Shown: positions 37,293 to 48,932 of the stretch, in pieces | Position numbering within the stretch: the stretch's first letter is position 1 | How the letters are laid out: the number at the start of each line of letters is the position of its first letter | Assembly: GCA_047495785.1 (NCBI GenBank) | Contig: JBLDXI010000002.1 | Location: 1 to 64,000, forward strand | DNA: 64,000 nucleotides | Reading direction: 5' to 3' | Origin: Lepidodermella squamata | Taxonomy: Eukaryota > Animalia > Gastrotricha | Made by a program: the position numbers and the translations under genes | Notes under the pieces: model-generated | The model's database searches: none | What the model saw: only the letters and a program-made list of their open reading frames with translations | What the model was told of the DNA's origin: nothing

Positions 37293-37879
37293 TCGTTCGC
37301 TTGATGAGATTAAAAAATAAATATTCTATTTCACGCACATTAACTGTGGAATTAAGCTATAGTTGCAAATTGCCCTCCGAGTTATTGCAAATTGCAAATA
37401 ATGGCAAAGACCTTGCAAAACTTTAGTAGAAATAGGTTATATGTGAATATGTAAGTCAAAACAAATAACTGAAATCGCTATCAGTTTTAAGGTATGAAAC
37501 GAATCGCTTGAAGCGTGCCGCTTTTTCTAGACTTCGAGCGTGGGTTTTTTATTTACTATCAGCCATTCATAATTTCGATTACATCCGCAGCAAAATTTCA
37601 TTGATATAAATGAATGCGGACAACCAAGAAATTATTCATTTCCCGTTATGCTAAGCGATCCCCCAATCGATCGGTCGAATGGAATTTCAAGATCAAATTG
37701 TCTGACTTTAGTAAATTTGTTACCTCGTCGGTGACGCGCCGTCGATATATTAATTTTGTTTTATATAATAAATATATATTATATTTATATAATATGCTTT
37801 ATATATTATATCTGTTGTAATCGCTGCTGCGGTGTTTGCAAGACAAATAAATTATATAAATAAATAGAATTTGAATTTG

Positions 37880-38021
37880 GAATGCCCTTCGCTCGCCTTA
37901 TTGAAGCAGCAATTTGAAGCAGCCTGAGATGAAACCTATCCTGGAAACCTGCTATCCATTTTGACTGCTCATCGAGATCAGCTGCGAATACTCCGAAGTT
38001 CCCTTGTTTTAACAGATCCAC
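37880..38021 (-). pseudogene. Decayed SGNH exon-1 remnant
   Basis: DLLKQGN..AADLDEQSKWIAGFQDRFHLRLL..IAA aligns with G6/G7 NLIKKGN..DEQSI..G..RFHL(R/K)L. Confidence 0.65.
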
Positions 38022-38631
38022 TAGATATCAGTCACTGAGAGCTCATCATTAGGATACATATTTGTTTTACTGTACCGGCTCCATTATGTACAAGGTTTTT
38101 AATTGAGGATACTCCACTCATCTGGCACAATCGTAAATATAAAATTGAACAGTTACATTCATCTTAGTAGTTTATAGATTTTATAGCTCTACCTATATGC
38201 GATTTACACCATTACTATAATATTGTTGCCCCGCATACCTAAACTAATAAGCAAGGTTCGAGATAACCATTGTCAATTTTCGAAACAAATGTTGTAGCTT
38301 TCTGTTAGGCCTAGTTTCCCGCATGCGTGTTATTCAGAGATAAATTGTTGTTTAGAGTGAGTGCGAGTTAGAAAACAGACTTGTAATTGCCCTAATCGGA
38401 TGCAAAGGGTAATCGCAATGTCGGATGCGCAGCTGAAACGACTAAAGCTGGTTTTCAGACTTGGTTGTTTCTCCGAAGATCAAGTAAAATCGTACGAAAA
38501 TGAGAAAAAGCAAACGCACAGAAATGTATTACTAATATGTCTTCTAAGTGTAAGTTGTGATAAACCCGTGACATTCAGGTTATTCGTAATTTCTCTGTAA
38601 TCATGATTAATTTATTTCGTTTTCAAGCTTA

Positions 38632-39528
38632 ATGCGTTACTCATGCTACAACCGATTTCAACACTCGCTGGTGTCTACATCTTCCGCGAAAATACTAACC
38701 CTAATTCTAATCGCTGTGCTTCTAATCACCGCCGTAGCCTATCGCGAGGTTGTTTCTAAGAAAAAGCAAGTTGAATCAAATCTATCTAAGAAGCCTTAAT
38801 CCCCTTATTTTAACAGGCATGATGTAGGATTTGTGAGTTCCCCACTTCCAAAACTTTTACTCCTCGGCGATTCCCACACTGAAGTATCGTGGCGTAGTTG
38901 GGCGGCCGTGCTGGCGAACAAACTTAAAAGGCGATGTGACGTGATCAACCGCGGCTTCACAGGCTACACCACCGAAAAGACTCGCCATAGTTGGCCGCAA
39001 ATCATATCTTCGATCAGCAACGAATTAGACAGCTTATTCGCGGTGGTCATCATGTTCGGCTCCAACGATGCTGCGTCCAATGCACTGCAGCACGTACCCG
39101 TCGACCGATACTTCGATAATTTGGTGTATTTCGCAAACTCACTTGTTGAAAGCTCAAAATTGCTGACGTCCAGTCACATTCTCATCGTTTCCCCTCCACC
39201 CTTGGACGAGGCACATTGGATGGATTATTGTAAAATGTACCCAGAACTCAGGCCATACTGCGAACGCCTGAATTCCGAAGTAGATCTGCATGCCGAGGCC
39301 AGTCGAAAGGCAGCGGCGCATATAGGAGCCAATTTTGTCGATTTCCACGCTGCTGCTACAAAAGCTGGGGCCAGGCGCGAAATGGATGATAGTGATAATA
39401 ATGTCCCACAATACTTTTTCTTCGACGGTTTGCACCTGGCTAGCAAAGGAACCGAATTGCTGTTTGATACCTTGTGGCCTGAGATTGAGAGACTCACGAA
39501 TTCTACAAGGACGTTGCTACCGGACTAG
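38632..39528 (+). CDS. IAH1-like GDSL/SGNH esterase with N-terminal TM exon (I1; exons 38632-38765, 38817-39528; GC-AG intron)
   Basis: PKLLLLGDSH, DVINRGFTGYTT, FGSNDA, QHVPVDRY, VSPPPLDE, DGLHL. Upstream exon ..KILTLILIAVLLITAVAY. Confidence 0.82.
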
Positions 39529-40109
39529 TAAAGTATGTACCGGGAAAAGGAGAAAAATTCTTTGAAAAAATCGAATAAACCTGGCTGGTTAATTAGGCTG
39601 ACTAAAGCTTGAAAATCCATTTTTAATCAATTTCTTTGTTCTGGACGGTAAAATAAAGCCGAAAAACATTAGCTCTTAGGGTCCAGCGAGGCGAACCTAG
39701 GACCATGAACATCATCGCTACGCAATCCAAAGAAAAGTCCTTTAAATCCAATAAATCCTCATAAAATTAGGTGCTTAGGCACCTATCGAAGTATCTATTT
39801 CTTACATTTTTTACTCGAATCTTTAACACATTGACAGATGCATATGTGACATGGCACCTCAGGTGGCATAATTGATCGGCTTTATTCTTTGTGGCTAAGT
39901 GCAGTTTCCTATGACATGCACGTTGCTTAGAAAAAAACGCGTCAGTGGAGCAAGCCTGCTTATACTTAACGTACAGGTGTACTGCTGATGTAATGTAAGT
40001 AATGTAATTCATTCATGTGCCTCAAATTTAACAGCACAGCTGTATTATGCATTTTTTATAAATACTTGTAGCCCGATTTCTATAATTCCGCTATGAGTAA
40101 AATTGTGCC

Positions 40110-41049
40110 ATGAAGCTGGGAACCGATGCGGGTTATCGCGATTTGAGTCCATCGAGGATTGATTTCTCAAAACCGATTTGCAAACTCATATTGGCTGTTG
40201 TAGCCGTCTTCATATTGACCCTTTTGGCCGTCTTAGCTTTAAAAGTATCATCCAGAGCCAACACTTTCCCACCCGAATCTTACAGGTAACCTTGCTGTTA
40301 TGGTACATTTGTTTGTGATCCTATTGGAATGCTGATCTTTATCAATTCACAGCAAACCAACAGCTGGCAGTTCAAATGCTTGCAAATTCCTACTATTGGG
40401 CGATTCTCTCGTTCAGAAAGCCTGGCGAATTTCCGATGAAAAAGCTGGTTGGACTTCACTGATAGCCGACCGCTTGCAGGGCCGATGCGACGTCATCACC
40501 CGCGGCTTTCCGGGATACAACACGGATATGCTACTACAGCATCTCCCAGCAATTCTCGACTCGATTAGCAGCGATCTTCCCAGCATTCTTGGTATAGCGA
40601 TTATGATGGGTTCAAATGATGCGGCTAGTAACACGGCGCAACACGTATCAGCTGGTCTATTCGAAGAGAATCTAGTTCTTATCGGTCGATCTCTACTGAA
40701 TTCAACCCAGATCACAGCAGACCACATCGTGATAATCTCCGCGCCTCCTTTGAATGAAAATGATTGGCAAATTTATTGCAGCAACAAGCCAAAATTGATC
40801 CCCTATTGCGAAAGGCTGAACGTGAATGTTGATCTCTACGCCGATGCGAGTCGCAAGGCAGCTTCAGAACTCGGATCTACCTTCCTCGATTTCCACGCAG
40901 CGGCTTCGAAAGCCGGGGCGAGGCAAATTAACGGTAGCAGCTCGGACGACTTTTTCATTGATGGTTTGCATCTTGGCAGCAAAGGCGCAACACTGCTGTT
41001 TCAAATGTTGTGGGCGGAAATTGATAAAATGACAAGCAGGGTTGCCTAA
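40110..41049 (+). CDS. IAH1-like GDSL/SGNH esterase with N-terminal TM exon (I2; exons 40110-40285, 40353-41049)
   Basis: LLLGDSL, RGFPGYNT, MGSNDA, DGLHL. Exon 1 ..LILAVVAVFILTLLAVLAL. Phase-2 GT-AG intron. Confidence 0.85.
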
Positions 41050-41208
41050 ATTCTTCCCGACTGGATGAATGCGTAACCCACGGAAAAAAATCCTGCACGT
41101 GCTTGATCTGCTTTCATTCATTTTTTTGAGGAAAAATATTGTCATTTTTCGAGTAAACTGAATCGTAAATCCTATGATGTTAACAATTTGAAATCGTGTT
41201 AACCTAAT

Positions 41209-42166
41209 ATGACAATGGCAATAGATACTGATGGCCGAAAACAAATTCCCACGAGAAAAGACTTGCTGCGAATGGCAACAAAACTTCTTTTTGCGAGCAC
41301 TTTTGCTTTATTATTGGGAATCGTAGCATTTTTCTACTTCGCAAAGACGCCTGAAGGTCTTCGAAGCTTTTCTATCAGGTACAGTTGAATTCCCAAATTT
41401 TCAAGTTGAAATTCAATCTAAGAAATTTATAAATCTTTATTTTAGAGCTGCGGAAAATAAGAACAGATTTCCAAAGCTTCTACTTCTCGGCGACTCTCAT
41501 ACACAGAATTCGTGGGGTAGAGCAGGATGGGCCTCGATGATCGCCAACCGCTTGCAAGGCCGCTGTGACGTCATCACTCGAGGCTTCGCAGGCTACAGCA
41601 CACAGATGCTACTACGCCATTTCGCCGCTATCCGCCAATCGATTGAGAACGACCTCAACAACATCATTGGGCTAATTATAATGATGGGTTCGAATGACGC
41701 GGCTAGCAACGAGGTTCAACACGTTCCTGTTGATCAATACATGGAAAATCTGGTCGAAATCGGTCGTTTATTTCTGATTTCATCCAGTTTAACGGCAGAC
41801 CGAATCGTGGTTATCTCTCCGCCGCCAATAAATGAGAAGCAATGGACCGATTATTGCACTGCTAAACCTAAGCTGCTGCCTTACTGTGAAAGGTCGAATT
41901 CCAACTTGGATTTATACGCTAATGCGAGCCGAATGGCCGCTGGGAAACTCGGCGCGACTTTTGTTGACTTTCATGGAGCGGCAACCAAGGCTGGGGCTAG
42001 GCAAAGCTTAGGCAAACCTTTTGATAAGCGAGCGCCTCATTTTTTTGCTGATGGTTTGCATTTGAATGCTAAATCTTCCCAGCTGTTGTTCGATATTCTT
42101 TGGAGTGACATCGAAAGAATTACAGCTTCATGTAAAGATATTTCACCAGGTTGGATGCCTGCGTGA
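41209..42166 (+). CDS. IAH1-like GDSL/SGNH esterase with N-terminal TM exon (I3; exons 41209-41378, 41446-42166)
   Basis: FPKLLLLGDSH, RGFAGYST, MGSNDA, DGLHL. Exon 1 ..LLFASTFALLLGIVAFFYF. Phase-2 GT-AG intron. Confidence 0.88.
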
Positions 42167-42265
42167 GAAATAAGGGTTATAAACAGTTGATTGAAAAAAA
42201 ATAAAAAATAGAGACGACTGGAATTTTTTTATTTTGCTGCATGGAGCACCTTTCCGATAAAAGAT

Positions 42266-44022
42266 TTATCGAGCTCCCTCACAGTGATAACCAATTATTA
42301 TCGCGTGGAAAATGAAGGATGTCGCTTGATTAGCTGTCGTAATCGTCACAGAAAGTGACAAAAGCTCCAATCCATCTTCGTAACAACCAGGTAGAATCGG
42401 CTCGAAGTAATGCACGCTGTTGTAGTTGAATTCCTGGCTGCAATCTAGCTGAACCCCGATGTAGCTAAAGGAAGCTTGTTTGACTAAACTAGGACTACGG
42501 CCGAGGTAGAACTCGACTTCAGCCTCGAGATTGATCATGAAACCATGGCTGCAATTTTTACCGATTTTGTAAGCCAAGCCAAGCCTCGGGGCCAGGCAAG
42601 TATTACAAACAGATCCTGTAAGATCGGACTCGTTAAATTTGAAAGTCAGCGATGCAGATCGATCAGGCAGGAAGAAATACTGGACGTATTCTCCAGATTG
42701 AACGTTATACTTCGCATGACCATAATTTGCAAGGTAATGTTTCAGTTTCAGCGTGAGATCACCGGAATGGCGAACCAAAGCATTCAGCAGCCGACTGTTG
42801 TTAACAAATTTACGATCGGTGGTCAGAAAACAATCGGCACTTGTGAGCCAAGTTCGCTTGAACATTGGGACCAGCTCTTTTGCTGAATGTTCAGATTTTT
42901 CGATCAGCCCATATTCCAAGAAATTCTGAGCTGATTTCCGGAAGTAATTCGCTAGGAATGCTGCCATCTCGTAATGCATTAGGGCTGACGGGTGGTAGTT
43001 ATCTTCGGACGATATGTAGCGACCTGTAAATAGCCGAAAATCAATCCCATCAACCAAAACTCAAAAACTTCAGTTTTCGGGGTATTTAGGAATGGAAATA
43101 CCAAAATTGCTCACCCCACATTTTCTCCTGCAGGTCCATCCTATTGTAAGCGTTGAGGTGATCACAGATAAGATGCTTCCATTGAATCACGGAAATGTTG
43201 TAATACTTCGCAACCGCAATGAAATTCGTATCTTGATAGGTAACGCAATTAGGAACAGGCGCAAGCCACAGCATATGCGTATCAGGGAAGTTGATGCTAA
43301 TGATGTGGATTCTTGGATTTAACCGGCGAATAACTCTTATGAGTTCCTCGAACGGGCTGACGTCTTCGCTGCTGTAGCCTTCGAGGTTACGGTCGATTGA
43401 TTTGTGGTCATTCATTGAGATTTCAAGGAGTGCTACGTCGTAACTGGTTAGATTCAAGAATTCTTGCACGCAGGCTGAGAAATAGTTGCTTGAAACTGCA
43501 CTCGTGGCAGCGTTGTCCAAAATAATGTTGATTCCAAGGTCCGCCAGCCAGATCTCCAGCCAGTCAAACAATGAGTTGAGATAAAGGTCTGTTGCCTGTG
43601 AACAACCTGATTTATCCCGGTTCTCAAGCCAAAGCTCAACTTACATTAATCCCGTGAGCAGAAGATATGGATCCTCCAATAACTGCGATTCGCAATGTAG
43701 TTTTATTGCCGGAGATTAATTGCCGAAATACGTCATGTAGAGATCTCGGGTCGCCAAAATTGAGGATTGATTCGTCATCACTTACGTTGAAGAGATTTCG
43801 TAACAAAAATGAATCTTCTCGCAAATCCGGTAGAGGAAAGCTGGCTAGTCTCTGCAGTGTGTCATTCAATCCTACATTTGCAGCTCGGGAGGAGTGACAA
43901 GGCGGGAAGATGAGTTTAACTTCGATCAATTTAGCCAATTCATACGAAGTTGAGTAGATCAGAACTAGCACAAGTAAAACTAAAGCGGTAAATATCCAGA
44001 ATATTCCTCTGTTTGTTTTCAT
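42266..44022 (-). CDS. GGSI-type SGNH protein (G9; exons 44022-43645, 43595-43115, 43023-42266)
   Basis: TM anchor. Blocks GGSISSAHG, EISMND, YISSEDNYHPS; ends GYHCEGAR. Confidence 0.9.
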
Positions 44023-44222
44023 CAATTCAGCGAAATGAAAGGGTCTGAAAGCTTGAACCCATTCAAAAACTTGAAAGGAGCTGTACATAAAGCTTATCGT
44101 AAAATACCTGTTCTGAAAGAGATAGTTCGTTTTTGACCACAAGACTTTATTCAGCTTTCATTCATAATCCTAATAAATGAGGTTAAACTTCAACAAATCA
44201 ATTTATTGTTTATTCAATGAAA

Positions 44223-46087
44223 CTAGCAGCAGTGGTAGCCTAATACAACAGCATGAAAGATGAGCTGCGTCTCGGCATTAGCAGTTTGCAGTCGAACTTT
44301 CATCGTCTCTATTCGCACTTTGTTGTCCCAGCAGCCCTCTTCGTTCGACAATGGCTCAAAGTAATGCATGTTGTGGTAGTTGAAGCCCTCACAGTCCAGC
44401 TTAACATTTGAATACGATTTATTCAGCTCATTTCCATTCGATAGCTTCAAATCCAGGCTTGCAGTCACGGAAAAGGGTTTGGTTTCAGAGCAATTTGTAC
44501 CAATTTTATAGGCTATTCCTAATCGAGGTAGATACTTGGAGCATGGCTGGTCGAAATCGCTGCGATTAAACTTAAATTGAACCCAAGATTCAGTGTTTGG
44601 CAGAAGTAAATATTGAATATACTCCCCATAGTTGACTTTCACCTTAGCCCGGCCGTAATTTGCAATGTAATGCCTAAGGGTAAAATCGAACCCAGGTGAT
44701 GCGGCGACAATTGCATCGAATAGTTTGGTATTCCTTCTGAATGACCGTTCTGTTGCAAGGAAACAGTTAGCAGCTAACAGCCAAGAGTCTTCACAGATTG
44801 GTTCGATGATTTCGACGTCTTCGCTCAACTTTTCTCTGATTGACTCGAGTGATTGGGACTCTTGCATACTGGCTTTGAGTGAGCTGATCGATTTCATGAA
44901 ATATTTCGCTATGGCTATAGCGATTTCTCGATGGACGAGGGAAGATGGATGGGCATGGTCATCAGGTGAAACGTAACGACCTAGTTTCTAATATAAGTTA
45001 AGATGGAGTTAACACTATTGAATTTTACCGATAAAATCGTCATTCGCCTCTTCGTCATTCTGCAGCACTTTTTCGAAAGTTTCATAGTGCTTGCAAATCC
45101 GATGCTTCCATTGGATTGATGTGACGTTGTAGTGCCTCGCCACGTCCAAATAATGGCTGTCTTGAACCGAATCACATCTTTCCGATTCAGTTTCAGTCGT
45201 CCATAGGTAGTTGATAGGGAAATTCACAATGATGATTTCGATGTTAGGATTTGTTCTCCGGATGCTGCGAACAAGTTCTTCCATGCAGTGCGCGTCTTGG
45301 TATTCGTAGCCTTCGAGCAACTGGCTCATTGATAAGTCGTCGTTAGTCGCGAAGTCGAGGAAGATCACGTCGTAGTCACGAAGATTGAGATGTTCGTTGA
45401 TACAAGCGGAAAAGTAATTGCTTGAAACAGCGCCAACTGCGGCATTGTGAGCGACTACGTCAATATGGAATGGTTGTAGCATGGTTTTGAACCAATTAGC
45501 CAAAACTTGAAAATACACATCCTTTTTCTGGAAAAAAAATCAATTTAAACAAAGTTATATTCAGCCTAGTATTGGAAATGCGAATTTTAAGAATTTTTCA
45601 ACACAAAATCGAGGTATTTCAAGCTTACGTCTATTCCATGGCCGGCCGAGATGGAACCGCCGATAGCCGCCATTCGAAATGTTCTCCCAGCTGCAGGATC
45701 TGTGAGCAAATCGACCCATCTTCTGTGGAATCGACTTTGATCGCCATGAAATTGAATAGCTTCTTCGTCGAAATCAAGATTTTTGGTTGGCATGAATTTC
45801 GCGTACTTCTCGACGAAAATGGTTGACCTTGCGTCTTCTTCCGGCAATTTTTGACCCACGAGACGGTTCAATTTACCGATCAATTCATCGGGAGATATTA
45901 GTTCCCTTGCCTTATCGGGGAAAGGATCTGTTCCATAGGAAATCGGATAGCTTGAGGATTTCTTAGCGTTTGTAACTCTTATTGGTAATGAGTAGAGCAC
46001 GATTGTGAATAAGGCTATTGCGATAATTAAGGCTAGTTTAATTTTACGAGAGACTACTTGTTTTTTTCTGAACACGAGAAATTGCAT
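44223..46087 (-). CDS. GGSI-type SGNH protein (G10; exons 46087-45629, 45527-45029, 44980-44223)
   Basis: TM LALIIAIALFTIVLY. Blocks GGSISAGHG, NAAVGAVSSNYF, DFATNDD, YVSPDDHAHPS; ends GYHCC. Confidence 0.9.
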
Positions 46088-46561
46088 TAGAGATACGAGA
46101 AGTACTATAGAATTGCGAGGTAATGCTCTCGGTAATGCATTATCAGACGGAAGGCACAACACTTGATCATGTCGACAGCTGTACAAATCTTTTACTGTGA
46201 ATGATAAAGTAGATGCGCCATCGTGAATGGAAGTTGCGAGCACTATCTAAATGGATCCTGCTCTAATAGTTGACGTTGTAGTATTTGTTGGTGTTGCTTG
46301 CTGCCCCATCCACGTAAAATATTTTCGTAATATCTGCAGTTTCGTTTTGAACGAAACCCGATCTGGTAAAAAAAATATATACCTTTCGGGATACCTTTTG
46401 TCTTTTTTGTAGTTTTATTTTTACACCGTAAAATATCTTAAGGAAACACTGTCGGGTTTTATTTTTAATTTGTCCATTTTGTATGAATATTTTCATTACA
46501 TGAGAGGTCAATAATCAACAATTCAATATATAATTGTGTGCCATCCCAAATACAGCAAATT

Positions 46562-48460
46562 CTAACAGCAATGATAACCTAGAACAATAGCGTGAAAAAT
46601 TAACTTTGTCACAGAATTCGCCGGTTGCAGCTTTACGTTCATCGAATCTATGACAACTCCCTTATCCCAACATGTATCCTCGCTGTGACTGATCTGGATA
46701 GGTTCGAAATAATGAACGGTGTGGTAGTTGAAATCATCGCAAAACAGTTTGACATCGTTATATTTCTTCGTCAACATTCGCGGTCTTGTCCAAGAAAGAT
46801 GCGATACTTCCAATTGTAGAGTAACGTCAACCGAAATCTTAGTGTTTTCGGAGCAATTCTTGCCGATTTTATAAACGATTCCTAGCCTGGGGATGAACGA
46901 TTCCGAATACTGACAAGGTCTCTCATTGTTCGGCATCAAATCACTTCGATTAAACTGAAATTGGATCCAAGCGTTTTTGTTAGGGAGGAAAAAGTACTGA
47001 ATATTCTCTCCAGAATTCGCTTTTGTCTTACCGCGGCCGTAATTCGCGATGTAGTGCTTGAGAGATAGATCTGCCTCTGGTGATTTTGCTACAACCGAAT
47101 CCAGCAATTTTGTGTTGTTTTTGAATGGTCTCTCCATTGTAAGGAAGCAATTTGATGTGAGCTGCCAAGTTTTATCGAAAAATGGGACAATTCCTTCAAT
47201 AGAACCTCCAAGTCGATGAATTGAGACTTCTTTATCAGAACCCGAAAGGCTGTCCAACAAAGCGTTAATAGATTTTTTGAAGTAGTAGGCAAATGATAGC
47301 GCTATTTCTTTGTGGAGAAGCGGAGATGGATGAGCGTTGTCGTCTTGAGATACGTACAGTTCTATAAACGCTTTACAAAACGAAACAAATTGGAATTAAG
47401 AGAAAATACGAACCAATAATTTTATCATGAAGCCAATCGCTCTTTTCAAGAAGTATCTTGACCTCGTCGTAGTATTTACAAATTCGCTGTTTCCACCCTA
47501 TTGACGTCACGTTGTACCATTTTGCGAGTTCGTAGAAATGAACGTCTTGAATCCGTTCACATTTGCCAGACTCTTCCTCTGCCCATTGGTAATAGTACGA
47601 AAAGTTGACGATGACAATATCGATCGCAGGGTTCGACCTTCGAATGTTGCGCAGCAGTTCTTCCATACAATGACCGTCGTCGTACTCGTAGCCCTCGAGA
47701 GAAGAAGCTATAGATAAGTCGTCGTTAACTGCGAAATCAAGGAAGATCATGTCGTACCGGCGAAGGTCCAAATGCTCGTTGACGCAGGAAGCAAAGTAGT
47801 TGCTGGAAACTGCTCCAACTGCGGCATTTTCAGCGACTACTTCGATGTTGAACGGTTCGAAGAGAGATTTTAACCAATTCGTTAGAACATTGACATAAAC
47901 GCTGGCGCGCTATTGTAAAAAAATTGAGTTGTTAGTAGGATCAGCTAATAATCCCCCACGCTATCAATTCTGATATTATTTTTTTCTGCACTGTCGACAA
48001 TATGTATATGGTAACCTGAGGCGAGGAATCTCGAGGAATGACTCACCTCAACTCCGTGACCTGCCGAAATCGAACCACCGATTGTTGCGATTCGGAACAC
48101 TTTCTTAGCAGTTGAATCTGTTAACAGCTCAATCAACTTGCTATGGAAACGGCTCTGATCCCCAAAGAACTGAATCGCTTGATCATCGAGATCGTAACCA
48201 TCTGGTGGAAGAAATTGCCGATAGAAGTCGGGTAGAATCGACGATAGCGGGTCTGACTCCGGCAACGGGTGGCTAGCCATGCGTCTCAATTTTTCTATGA
48301 CACCCTCGATTGATGATATCGCAACTCCATTTTCCCTGGGAAATCTTTCCACCTCCATTTCCAAATAAGGAAATCGCAAGAGAATCAGTATGAAACATGC
48401 GATTATACAAGCGTGAAAAGTAACAATTCGTCGTGCTGGACATCTGATACAAGAAACCAT
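46562..48460 (-). CDS. GGSI-type SGNH protein (G11; exons 48460-48047, 47909-47414, 47361-46562)
   Basis: TM IVTFHACIIACFILILL. Blocks GGSISAGHG, DFAVNDD, YVSQDDNAHPS; ends GYHCC. Confidence 0.88.
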
Positions 48461-48932
48461 TTCAGGTCGGCAGAATAACAGATTAACCTTTTCAGAAATG
48501 AGCTGATTTTTTTCGTCTTGCCTTCGCAGCTGGTTAAATATTGTAGAAATTATAATCCCACGCATCCCGTAGTTCAATATATGAACGTCCACGTGAATAC
48601 AGCGTTATGAGCAAATCGCTCAATTCCGGACGCCACGTAGTCTCGACATCATTGCTGGCGCTCGAACTTGGCAATGTCTGTCATTGCGCTAAAAATTCTG
48701 CTAATTTCTGCTAGCAATTCAAACAAACTGCGATTTTGTCTCAAGTACGACTTGGACTTCTCATTTTTGATTGTGACCGAATACGAATATCAGTCTTGAG
48801 AGGGGTAACTATTCATTCCTTCAGCTTTCGCGTTTTCATAATAGATCTTGGAATCTAAGGTGATCAGAATTTCCAGTTTATTGGAGGTCAGTAATCCACT
48901 GTTTATTGTGCCCTTAAATTTCGAATCAAACT

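Noticed and set aside
38700-38720. actaaccctaattctaatc as a telomere-like repeat
   Set aside because: It is coding sequence for the LTLILI transmembrane helix of I1.
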